The translations under genes and the position numbers were made by a program. Below, one piece after another: positions 1 to 10,322 of a stretch of 64,000 nt of DNA. The notes under the pieces are model-generated. The model saw nothing but the letters and a program-made list of their open reading frames with translations. It was not told where the DNA came from and did not search any database. Numbering within the stretch: position 1 is the first letter of the stretch; each line of letters starts with the position of its first letter. The stretch comes from a bacterium (GTDB taxonomy: Bacteria > UBA8248), in the NCBI GenBank assembly GCA_965213685.1, contig CBDBZY010000064.1, positions 224,001 to 288,000 on the forward strand, read 5' to 3'.

Positions 1-920
1 TCTGTGGTTTTTGGCACAGCTGTCCCTACATCTTTCAAACATGTTTCTAGAATTTAGTTCAATGATCAGCACACAACTTGCAGCACAACATACTACTTAT
101 CCAAAAATTGTGGTGTTTTGTCAAACATATAATATGATTTCTCACAACTTAATTAAAAAGAAGTTGAACAACATACCACTACTAGTGTGGTGACAACTTC
201 AACCCAAACAATATGACATCAGAATAACTACAGACGTGAAATGTAGTGAAAATGTAAGGCAAATAGAGTCCATGCAAAAATGAAATGATATGCAAGACTA
301 AATGGAGAGTACTCGCATTTGTAGTGACCGTTTAATAGTCAAAGATATGAACGCATTGTGTATAATGCTTTTTAAAAAGTTCAAAGCATCCAGTTGCTTT
401 CGTGCTGTTAGCTGTGTGTATGTGTGTACAGACTTAATGAAGTACTGTATACACCCAAAATTGGACACACTTGACAGCAGGCCACAAAGCTAATCTCGCT
501 GTAAGTATTATCAAAGTCTTCTAGTCTCACTAAGTGTAGCTGTTCTACATACTGAGCTCTCGCAAGGCCTGGCCAGACACTGTAGCTACAGTCCATAATG
601 TATGCTTACAGTTACATGTACATTGTATGTCATGCTTAATGAACTAAAACCTGTCATTTAGTTTCTCAATCCTCCCACACGTCTTAAGATGAATTTCCTG
701 CATATTTGCACAGTGTCAAGTGTTAAACAAATGTGCAACTGAGAAAACCAAGGTTAAAATAACCATGGAATTTTTGCAGTGGGCATGTATGTCTTGTGCT
801 TATACATGGCCCACAGCAAGGCTGTGTTTGTGTATGTGTACCCTGCTTATGTAGAGATCACTTCCTACCATTGTTCCTTCCTTCTGTACTACAGCTACAG
901 GTGTGTCTCCTCACCAAACT

Positions 921-2621
921 ATGAAAGTGGGAGATTTCAGAGTGGCAATAGTAGTAGCGGCAGTGGTAGTGAGTATCTTAGTATCTGTATTGTACAGCAC
1001 ACTAGGAGATATCAATGGCATTACTTCAATGAAAAGAGTAGACAGTAAGAAAGACAAGATTTCAAACACAAGTATGACATCAGCTAATGTGAAGAAACAA
1101 TTTAGATTTCCTATAGAGGACAAAAATTCACAACTTAACAGACACAAGAATCCATTGCAACATCCAAATATTCTGTACTTATTGGCTGATGACCTGGGCT
1201 ATGGTGATGTGGAGTATAATGGAGGAAAGGCTAAGACACCAAATCTCAACCAAATGGCCCAAGGACCAAACAGTGTCCTCCTAACGAGGTTTTATTCGGG
1301 AGGTCCTGTTTGCTCACCAACCAGAGGCACTCTATTGACAGGACGTAACCACAATCGATACTGTATCTGGCACGCAGATCTGGGTAATCCATGTAATGAT
1401 GGCGAATGCCCCTGTTCTATGCCCCTACCTACCTCTGAAGTAACATTGCCTGAACTTCTGAAGAACGAAGGCTACAAAACTGCCATATTTGGGAAATGGC
1501 ATGTTGGTGATTTGAAAGTTATTGAAGGGGGTAACAAGAAGTGGCCTGTGTCCCATCCTGGCATGCATGGTTTTGACCAGTGGTTAGTAACTGAAAGAGA
1601 CACATCCTCAGTGGCACCAAACTGCCGATGCTCAAAACACTTCAGTTGCACTGTTCAGAAGAGATTCTATGGACAAGACGCCTGCAAAGCCTATCACTTC
1701 ATGGATAAAAAGTCCGATAAATTGCAAGCCTACCACGACTCCATAATTGGAGATTCAGATTTTATTGTGGACATGTTTGAGAAATATCTTCAAGAATCGC
1801 ATTCTAGTGAAAATCCCTTTTTTGTTATACTTGCATTTCATGACGTGCATCACCGGTACTATGCTCTTGATCCCTACTACACTATGTACAGAAAACAAGG
1901 TTACTCAGGAGATGTTACCCATTACTATGGAGCTATATCGCAACTGGACCAAGCAATAGGGAGAGTCAGAGGTTTACTGGAAACATATGGCATTAAGAAC
2001 AACACATTTGTGTGGTTCTCAAGTGACAATGGCCCACAGAAAGGCACTCCAGGCTCTACAGCTGGTTTGAGAGGAGAGAAAGGGACAGTGTTTGAAGGTG
2101 GTATTCGAGTGCCTGCAATATTAGAATGGCCAGCAGTGATTAAAGCCAATCGAAAGTCCGATTATCCTGTGGTGACAAATGACCTGCTACCAACTGTGTG
2201 TGATATCCTTGGCATTGATCCTCCTCAAGATCGACCAATAGACGGTATCTCTATTCTGCCATTTCTCAAAGGAGATGTCAATCATCGCAATAGCTCAATT
2301 GCTTTTGCCTTTCACATTAAAAAGGGAGATTTAAACTCATCTTTCAATGGTGCAGTATTACGAGATTCACAAAAACTTGTTGTTAAGTACAATAAAGGAA
2401 ACATACAGAGTGTCAATCTTTATGATGTGGTAGCTGATCCTAAAGAAACAACTGATATATCTGACCAGCACACTGACCTTGTACAAGTGTTGAAACAAGA
2501 GCTAAAAGACTTTCTTAGGTCGGTAAACAAAAGTGCTACAGACATAGGTTGCATATCCATACATGATAGAAGGCCATCAAAGGTGGTTGATAGTAAATGT
2601 AACTGTCATAGAAGGTTTTAG
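921..2621 (+). CDS. Formylglycine-dependent sulfatase (S1 family, arylsulfatase-like), single coding exon, N-terminal membrane anchor
   Basis: Uninterrupted ORF from ATG 921. Motifs PNILYLLADDLGYGD, CSPTRGTLLTGR (CxPxR), GKWHVG, SDNG, GEKGTVFEGGIRVP, LYDVVADPKE. Hydrophobic stretch VAIVVAAVVVSILVSVLY near the N-terminus. Pyrimidine tract plus CAG at ~870-900 suggests a 5'UTR intron. Confidence 0.95.
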   Translation: MKVGDFRVAIVVAAVVVSILVSVLYSTLGDINGITSMKRVDSKKDKISNTSMTSANVKKQFRFPIEDKNSQLNRHKNPLQHPNILYLLADDLGYGDVEYNGGKAKTPNLNQMAQGPNSVLLTRFYSGGPVCSPTRGTLLTGRNHNRYCIWHADLGNPCNDGECPCSMPLPTSEVTLPELLKNEGYKTAIFGKWHVGDLKVIEGGNKKWPVSHPGMHGFDQWLVTERDTSSVAPNCRCSKHFSCTVQKRFYGQDACKAYHFMDKKSDKLQAYHDSIIGDSDFIVDMFEKYLQESHSSENPFFVILAFHDVHHRYYALDPYYTMYRKQGYSGDVTHYYGAISQLDQAIGRVRGLLETYGIKNNTFVWFSSDNGPQKGTPGSTAGLRGEKGTVFEGGIRVPAILEWPAVIKANRKSDYPVVTNDLLPTVCDILGIDPPQDRPIDGISILPFLKGDVNHRNSSIAFAFHIKKGDLNSSFNGAVLRDSQKLVVKYNKGNIQSVNLYDVVADPKETTDISDQHTDLVQVLKQELKDFLRSVNKSATDIGCISIHDRRPSKVVDSKCNCHRRF

Positions 2622-3441
2622 ATAATTATTGTGCCTTTATGTATACTTTGATGTGAGGTACTTATTATTCAAATGTCCAGTGCTGAACATACCGCCTGCT
2701 GCATATGCATATCATACGTATAGCTCTCCCTTAACATGATAGGAGGGATGGTTAGTTTTAACCGCGGAATGGATATATATATATATAAAGTATAAAAACT
2801 TTTTCAAAAAATGTAGAGGGATGTAGGGATGGCAGTGCCAAAAACTACAGAAACTAGGTGTAGGGATGGCAGTGGGCAGGCAAGACATGTTATACAAAGA
2901 CTACACAAGTAACCCTATCCCTACATCTTTTTTTTATACCTGAAATCATTCTGCGAGTTATGCTACAAGATTACTGGGAAGAGCAATTCTGAGCTAGAAA
3001 AAAAAAAGATGTAGGGATGGGGTTACTTGTGTAGTCTTTGTATAACATGTCTTGCCTGCCCACTGCCATCCCTACACCTAGTTTCTGTAGTTTTTGGCAC
3101 TGCCATCCCTACATCCCTCTACATTTTTTGAAAATGTTTTTATACTTGTTTGCAACCTTTTTTTGCCCAAGGGTAACATGAAAAATTATATTTTTCTTGC
3201 CACTGATGCTTCTTTCAGAGTCGAGCAAACAAATCGGTGATCATAACAGCCGTTGTTACCCGTCAGGAACTGAGGGGGAGGGGCTGGAACACCATCACTT
3301 CTGGAGTTGGGGGGCTGAGACCCTCTGAAAATTCCTGAGCTAGAGTAGCTACCTCACCGTATCTAACTGGCCAACTCATACCCGCTACATTAATAGTATA
3401 GTGAAGTAAGACGCTGCTCGAACACGCCACTTTCAGCGACT

Positions 3442-4271
3442 TATATCTTACACTTATATCGTGATCTTGGGGTCATTCTAACGAGCAACCTGAGCTGGAA
3501 TGAACACTACAAGCATTTACTGTCTAATGCATACATAATCTTAAGTCTCATTCGACGCACTTTTATCGCCACTCATTTCCCTCAAAACAAGAGAACTCTA
3601 TACCTTCTACTGGTTCGTTCACGACTGATGTACTGCTCTCCTGTTTGGAGACCTCAATTTATTAAGGATATAAAAGTCATTGAGAGGGTGCAGAGACGAG
3701 CCACAAAGTTCATCCTTGATGATTATGGATCAGACTACAAGAGTCATCTGACTAGCCTCAATGATGCAATTTGAACTCAATGACATTATTTTCTTTGTGA
3801 GCTCTCTAAAGAACCCAACTGCCTCATTCAATATTCGGAACCATGTTATATTCTGTAGTAGCACCACAAGGTCCTCTTATGCTCTTAAACTGCAACATCC
3901 AAAGTCACCATCTAATTTATCTCGCCATTTTTTCTTCAATCGACTACCAAGGCTCTGGAACTCCTTACCCATCATAGACTTGAGCCTCTCTGTCTCTTCC
4001 ATTAAAAAACTCCTGAGACTTTTTTTCTGGGACCATTTTGTTCATAATTTTCATCCTGACAATCCTTGTACTTACCACTTTATATGTCCATGTAGCAGAT
4101 ATTCCTCATCCCCTATCATCACTAATTTTAGTACACTACATAACACTGGCCATTAATCAACTGGATTAATGGACCATCAGTGCAGCTGTCTTTGTATCAC
4201 CTGTACATGTATTCATTTATTGTGTATCCTGCACTGTAAAGCATAATAATAATAATAATAATAATAATAAT
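3442..4271 (+). mobile_element. 5'-truncated CR1/L2-group LINE with (TAA)n tail
   Basis: Encodes YRDLGVIL..NLSW, YCSPVWRP, IERVQRRATKFI, FFNRLPRLWNSLP. (TAA)n tail at 4244-4271. Flanked by 137-bp direct repeats. Confidence 0.9.
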
Positions 4272-4681
4272 AGTTGGGGGGCTGAGACCCTCTAAAAATT
4301 CCTGAGCTAGAGTAGCTACCTCACCGTATCTAACTGGCCAACTCATACCCGCTACATTAATAGTATAGTGAAGTAAGACGCTGCTCGAAAACGCCACTTT
4401 CAGCGACTACAACGGCCATTGCAACCTAAAATTAATAGGCGTGGCTTCGTGAGGCCCGCCCTCACGTGCTAACCGTTTGCGCCACGTGACGATAACTATT
4501 ACAAAATGGTTTCCAAATATGGGAAGTTGTCCGAGACTTCTAGTTTCTGCCCATTTGGAAAGGTACTAAGAGTTTTATTAGCGCAGATCGTACTTGGTAG
4601 TGATTACAGTGGATCCGTGAAAGAACTACGATGATTACTTCAGCCAGTTTTGAGGTACGTTAGTCTAAACAAATCTCTTAA

Positions 4682-5359
4682 GGGAGGGCGAGTCATGATT
4701 GCGTTCTTCGTCAATTACTCTACCGTCGCTTTCCCCCTACTTTTACCAACGCTAAAACGACAGCAATTCTTTGGCGCGGTTGCAAATTCGCTGGGAAAAA
4801 ATTCATATTTCCCGCTACCGTTGGACGTGCAGCGCTGTGTCTTGTATTACGTCATAACTAAAATTCAAAGTTGTCCGGACAATATACGGAAAACCAACGT
4901 GGTACTGACAAACGATTCCGAATCCTGTTTTAAATTTAGGGGGAGTATCCAACCGGTGAAGAGGTGGATGCTCGCCAAAGTGGAGTGAACTAGTTTATGC
5001 GCAATGGGTTGCTCGAGGCTTGGCTTGCTACTTTATGGCAGAATTTGCTACCGTTTTTCTAAATTCTGCAGCACGAAGAAAATGATTATATGTCTAGAAA
5101 GAAAGATTTAGCACGGATTTTTAAAGCAAACGTAGATAGCCAACATGCTTAGTAATCATCCACCGAAGTTTCGTCTCTGCAGCATTAGCCGTTATTGGCG
5201 AATTTCTTTTTCTATAATTAGCGATATGCATATTGCGTAAATTTATAATTCTATGAACCGACATATCACGCAAAACTACGTTATTTCGCTAACAGGCATC
5301 ATTAGGAGAATACAATAAAACATAAATCAGGCAAAATCATGTCTTAGGGTCGTCCTGCC
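4682..5359. mobile_element. Non-autonomous DNA transposon with TTAA TSD and GG...CC termini (Kolobok-type)
   Basis: TTAA at 4678-4681 and 5360-5363. The homologous empty site with a single TTAA is at ~56048. Second copy at 46122-46694. Confidence 0.85.
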
Positions 5360-5556
5360 TTAAGAAGAAGAAGAATAGGAAGAAAGACAAAACGACCTTT
5401 GGAGAGTTTTCTGGTAGTAAGTCAAGAGATGCATTTTAGCTACTTGAGGGGTATTGTTGGGTAGAGAACCACAGGAATAGAATAGCTAGGGGCCCAGAAA
5501 GGCTTAGAACGCGAGCGTTCGCAAGTTAAGAAGGCTTTCCTATGTACACGCACTAG

Positions 5557-5985
5557 ATATAACACCCTGTATTTCTTGCCTTCCATATGCACGTGAGCCT
5601 GAGATCCGCCCCCTAGGCTGGCTAGCCTTGTAAATATGTGCTTCCCCTTATCCTGCCGCTAATAAGTACCAAGCTTCGGCTTGGTCTCCAAAGCAGACAC
5701 AGGAATTCGAACTCTACCCTCAGGCCTCCTCCTTGGCAGAGTGGTTATGCGTTCCGTCTGGTAAACGGATGAACGTGGGTTCGAATCCCACAGTGGGAGC
5801 CTGGTTTTTTCCGGCGAGGAAAACTGGTGTCTGCTACGGATACGGAGCAGGAGTGGCCTTAGGTTCACAAAAACAGAGCATTCATGCCTAGTAGATTTAA
5901 ATATAACACCATGCATTTCTTGCCTTCCATATGCACGTGAGCCTGAGGCCTGCCCCCTAGGCTGGCTAGCCTTATAAATTTGTGC
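5557..5985 (+). repeat. Pair of 85-bp direct repeats (5557-5641 and 5901-5985) bracketing a tRNA-like sequence
   Basis: ATATAACACC..ATTTCTTGCCTTCCATATGCACGTGAGCCTGAG...CCCCTAGGCTGGCTAGCCTT.TAAAT.TGTGC occurs twice with few mismatches. Confidence 0.9.
5727..5799 (+). tRNA. tRNA-like sequence with anticodon GGT (Thr); probably tRNA-derived repeat or pseudo-tRNA
   Basis: A-box TGGCAGAGTGG, anticodon arm TCCGT-CTGGTAA-ACGGA, T arm GTGGG-TTCGAAT-CCCAC, acceptor TCCTCCT/AGTGGGA (6/7 paired), T6 run at 5805-5810. Confidence 0.5.
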
Positions 5986-6832
5986 ACACAGGTGGACCTA
6001 CAGCATTGGAGGCTTCTGATGTAGTACCTCCAGATGTAAGAAAGGTGGACAACTTCTTCTCAAGGTCCGTAACAGCAGAGGTGAGATCAAGCAGTGACCT
6101 TGTGTTGTCCTGTACCTGCTCTGACACAGGGTCAAGACTCAGGGATGGTATCTTAGGGAGCTCTGTGGCTTCACAATAAATAGGAGGGACTGAGCTCTTT
6201 ACATCTAATGCATCAAAAGCAGCCAAAATATCTTCTAGATCTGCATCTATCTGCTCCCTTTTATCAGAGCCACGCCTCTGATGATACACAAGGCCAGCAC
6301 CCTTCAGTTCTTCCTTGCACGACTCCCAGAGCAACCTTTTGGAATGCTCAACGGCAGACTGATCAAACCTCTCCGCCACAATGGAAGATAGGCTGGTCTT
6401 GTCACCTCGTAAACGGAATGCCTTGATAAAGGCCAAAACTACAACAATCAACATTGTACTCTCAGCCTGCATAGCAACATCTGATGTGATAGGTGCTGAG
6501 GGTGTCTCAGCAGAAGTACACACAAGGTTGTAGTCACTAAGAGGGCGACCACCATGAAAGAGTGAAGACTTCCACTTCTTTGCAGACTTTCCACCCAATC
6601 TTTCAAACTCTAAAGGTGTAATCCATTTAGAAGCACTCAAAACACACTGACCAACACGCTTAGCCCACTCCTTAGGCAACCGATCAATATACAACTGACC
6701 ACTCACACTGCCACACTCAACTGAGATATATGAACCATTGCGATCACTCTCAATTCTAGGCAATAACAACGAACCCGTCTGAGACATAGCCATCCAAACA
6801 ACAACACAGGACTCACTTCGCACGTGCAGCAT
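5972..6832 (-). CDS. SAND-domain protein fused to a LINE ORF1-like domain (probably retrotransposon ORF1, C-terminally truncated)
   Basis: 286-aa ORF. VECGSVSGQLY...WITPLEFERLGGKSAKKWKSSL resembles the SAND KDWK signature. It is followed by VLAFIK...F....VEHSKRLLW...RRGSDK...DLEDILAAFDALD...PPIYC...LPKIP and a coiled-coil-like stretch, a pattern recalled from CR1/L2 ORF1 proteins. Confidence 0.6.
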   Translation of the reverse strand: MLHVRSESCVVVWMAMSQTGSLLLPRIESDRNGSYISVECGSVSGQLYIDRLPKEWAKRVGQCVLSASKWITPLEFERLGGKSAKKWKSSLFHGGRPLSDYNLVCTSAETPSAPITSDVAMQAESTMLIVVVLAFIKAFRLRGDKTSLSSIVAERFDQSAVEHSKRLLWESCKEELKGAGLVYHQRRGSDKREQIDADLEDILAAFDALDVKSSVPPIYCEATELPKIPSLSLDPVSEQVQDNTRSLLDLTSAVTDLEKKLSTFLTSGGTTSEASNAVGPPVCTNL

Positions 6833-7015
6833 GCGTTAATAGGTCCACCATGGGAGACGACAGGACAGTAGAAACCCACGCGAACGGACGGACACGGAGA
6901 CAGAGACGATGACTGACTTCCTCGAGTTTGCTAGCTGGACGAAGGGCGAGAGTCGGCCGCGACAGTAGACAGCCACACTAAGATCAAGCACTTTAGCAAT
7001 ATCTTACACATTGTA

Positions 7016-7387
7016 CCGTAGATCGGTCATTGTTAAAATATTTTCGTCTGTGTCTCTAACGACAAAAATTGAACGCGCGAAATATTTCCACGTAATACAC
7101 GCGAAATGTTTTCCACGTAGATCGTGAAACACTTCAGCGTGTACACGTGTGCAGAAATGGTTTTGTTGAGGTATATGAAACCAATCCGTTCTTTACCTGA
7201 TCTTAGATGAGACTCAATCCGTGTACGCAAGTGTACAAAGTCCGTAAAACGCCGCCTTAAATATAATTTTGTCGCGTTTAAAATTTCGTCATTTCGTCGG
7301 TGTGCTGCATGGAGCGACCAAAGTAAATTAACGCGAAAATATTTAACAGACGAAAGTTTCCACCGCTGATAATTTCCTGATCTACGG
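7016..7387. mobile_element. MITE with TA TSD (Tc1/mariner-pogo type)
   Basis: TA-CCGTAGATC ... GATCTACGG-TA, with internal inverted CGAAAATATTT motifs. Confidence 0.75.
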
Positions 7388-7404
7388 TATATAGTGTGTC
7401 AGAT

Positions 7405-7719
7405 CAGGGGCGTAAGAAGATGCTTTCGATGGGGGGCTGACCTTGTGGGCGGCCCAACCTGTACCTGGGGGCATGTCTCCTCTGGAAATCACTTCAATGT
7501 GCACGCTCTGAAATCAGTTCTAGTGCATTCTGAGACAAACCCATATTATGAAAGTAAACTAGACAGCTACAGCTACTAAAAGTTTCAGCTAAAGCAGCGA
7601 ATATCTATAGCAGCATGCATGACAGTATCTATTACTAGTGCAGTAACTGGGGGTGTGGCCTTTACACACACATGGGGGGCTGTAGCCCCCCCAGCCCCCC
7701 TGCTTCTTACGCATTCTTG
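7405..7719. mobile_element. ~300-bp MITE with 5-bp TSD (hAT5-like), copy 1
   Basis: TIR CAGGGGCGTAAGAAG / CTTCTTACGC..TG, TSD CAGAT both sides. Homologous to 44017-44298 and 53932-54259. Confidence 0.8.
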
Positions 7720-7748
7720 CAGATGTAGTACGAACAAAGATGCGGCAA

Positions 7749-8030
7749 CTAACCCTCTGCGTGCATGCGCAGCGAGGGTTACGGTAGTTACCCTCGGCGC
7801 GCATTCGCCAGGTATTACTACCTCCGTTTGTGTTTGTCCGCGGGAGCTAATCTGTGGACTGGCGCTAGTACACGTCTAACGGAAGGCACTAGCGGCTTGA
7901 GCGGCACATTTTTGAAAAGGCGTTATCTCTAACTGCTTCGTTCGAAAGTTAGAAGCATTATCACGAAGTGCGGTAGCACTCTGTATATATAGGGATTGCC
8001 CATGTCACTCGGCATTAACCATTTTCACTA
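7749..8030 (+). mobile_element. HINE family 3, 5' portion (3' limit approximate)
   Basis: Starts with the hairpin TAACCCTC-TGCGTGCATGCGCAGC-GAGGGTTA, shared with 53106 and, in reverse, ~18841 and ~39335. Confidence 0.6.
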
Positions 8031-8257
8031 TATGCACTTTACATTTCACATTGAGGAGATTAGTGTTAAGAATAGGTGAAAAGGAAACTGTAGTCAGAAA
8101 CTGGTGAAATGAAAAGCACTAAAGTGTAGACCATCGGCGCAGTTACATTACATGCTACAACAGACTGCACAGATGATGCAAGCATTGTTGGTTTAGGTCC
8201 ACTCAATTGGGCTATAGTCTAGTGTCGTGCCTTGTCTTGTCTAGGATATGTATTTTG

Positions 8258-8689
8258 AAGTTAGTAAAGGTGTTGGTGCTGAACTTAGAGAGAGACAACC
8301 TCTTGTATGGTAGTGTGGTACAACAAAAAGGCACACAAACAAGTATGAAAAACATTCTCCAAAAATGCATATATGGATGTAGGGATGGCAGTGCCAAAAA
8401 CCACATAAACTAGATATATGGATGTGCAGGCAACACAGATGACTACACAAGTAACCCCATCCCTACATCATTTTTAAAAATAGAACATGTATCTAAGATT
8501 TGTTGTCAGAGTACTGGAAACTGCTTTGGGCAAATAACAAAAATGAAAAATGATGTAGGGATGGGGTTACTTGTGTAGTCATTTATGTTGCCTGCACACT
8601 GCCATCCATATATCTAGTTTGTGTGGTTTTTGGCACTGCCATCCCTACATCCATATATACATTTTTGGAGAATGTTTTTCATACTTGTT
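8258..8689 (+). mobile_element. HINE family 1, 3' foldback portion
   Basis: Long inverted repeat with GATGTAGGGATGG motifs ending CATACTTGT. Upstream sequence matches ~16618-16700. Confidence 0.8.
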
Positions 8690-8714
8690 TTTTCTTTTGG
8701 ATCAGCTACAAAAT

Positions 8715-10322
8715 TGTCACTTTGTATATTGCCTTTATCGTACTCAACAACAAGTTTTTGTGAATCTCGTAATACCGCACCATAGAAATGTGAGTTTAAA
8801 TCTCCCTTTGTAACGTGAAAGGTAAATGCAATTGAGCTATTGTGATGATTGACATGTTCTTTGAGAAATGGCAGGATAGAAGCAGTCTATTGGTCAATCT
8901 TGTGGAGGATCAACGACAAGCACTTAATGCCATACCGGTATGTTTCCAGTAAACCTCTGATTCTCACTATTGCTTGGTCCAGTTGCGATATAGCTCCATA
9001 GTAATGGGTAACATCTTCTGAGTAATCTTGTTTTCTGTACATAGTGTAGTAGGGATCAAGAGCATAGTACACACGATGCACATCATGAAATGCAAGTACG
9101 ACAAAAAAGGCTTTTCACCAAAATGCGATTCTTGTAGGATTTTCTCAAACATGTCCACGAGGCTCCAGTTACAAAGTCATTGTAGGCCTGCAGCGTTTCT
9201 GACTCCATATACATGTAGTGATAATCTCTGCAGGATTTGTACGATCTCTTCTCAAGAGTGCAACTGAAGTGTTTAGAGCATAGACAGTTAGGTGCTACTG
9301 AGGGTGAGTCTCTGTCAGTTATTATTGTTATTATATCATTATTATTGCTGTAAGAATAAGATATCAGCAATCTCAAGCTCCATCATAAGGGGTAGCATGT
9401 TAAGACTTAATTAGCAGACAATCATGATAATTCATTGATGCATCATCCATAATGAACTTTGTTGCTCTCCTTTGAACGGTTTCTAAGCTTTTAATGTCTG
9501 TTAAAAGATGAGGGTGCCACAGTGGTGAAGTTTGGAGTGAGCAAATGAAAGATAAAGTGAACACTTGACAAATCTGGGAGATCATTGATAAAAATTATCA
9601 AGAACAATAGTGGACCAAGTATATACTGCCTTGAGGTACGCCTGAAATTACAGACAAAGTAACAGACACTGACTAGCCAACTGCCACATACTGAGTTCTA
9701 TCTGCCAGGTAGGCTCAAAAACCATTCCCACAGACTGCCAGTGATTCCAAAATGCCAAAATTTGCATAGGAGCTCATTGTGGGCAACTGAATCAAAGGCT
9801 TTTCTGAAGTCCAAGTAAACCACATTAGATTTGTTGGATTATTAATGAGAGAAAAAGTAACTGTTGTAAGGTGGAATGTCCCCTTAGGAAACCAAATTGG
9901 ACTGTTGACACTGAACTTCTCACAAAGTCTATCATGCCATTGTAATGCCATTGTAGACAATCTTCTCTAGGAGACTGTCTACAATCCTACTACCCTACTA
10001 ATATGGGCCTAGTTCTTTTCATCATTTTTATTGCCAGATTTAAATAATATTAAGTGCTTACTCCACTCACGAGGCACATAGTGTTGACATAAACTCAAGG
10101 AGAAAAGGTGATACAGAGGTTGATATAAAGGAAGTGCATAGTGCTTTAAGAGTTAATTTAGGGCTGATTTCATCACAATATGCACAATTGAGCACATCTA
10201 GAGATGACAAGACATGAGATGAGTTACTAACCACTGGTCAAAACCATGCATGCCAGGATGCGGACACAGGCCACTTCTTGTTACACCCTTCAATAACTTT
10301 CAAATCACCAACATAATATCAT
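8715..10322 (-). pseudogene. Inverted, degenerate copy of the sulfatase gene, interrupted by a LINE
   Basis: Reverse complement matches sulfatase segments HVGDLKVIEG.NKKWPV (10220-10322), SVAPNCLCSKHFSCT and YYALDPYYTMYRKQ.YS.DVTHYYGAISQLDQAI (8930-9316), and 2215-2390 (8715-8910). Contains frameshifts and deletions. Confidence 0.92.
9318..10225 (-). mobile_element. Degenerate CR1/L2 LINE fragment inside the sulfatase pseudogene
   Basis: Fragments QFGFLR, DFRKAFDSVAH, SGVPQGS, LETVQRRATKFI. Degenerate (TAA) tail at 9318-9345. Confidence 0.85.

Larger units (their letters stand above)
2787..5556 (-). mobile_element. HINE family 1 (Helentron-like non-autonomous element), carrying a LINE and a Kolobok-type MITE
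   Basis: Collinear in reverse with the uninterrupted copy at 55810-56980 once 3442-4408 and 4682-5363 are removed. Terminal foldback 2788-3147. Confidence 0.8.

Noticed and set aside
4650-4988. 112-aa ORF also found at the end of the RT ORF
   Set aside because: It is a fortuitous frame in a non-autonomous TTAA element, and the two copies differ by an internal deletion.
4682-5359. piggyBac assignment for the TTAA elements
   Set aside because: The termini are GG...CC rather than the CC...GG typical of piggyBac; Kolobok fits better.
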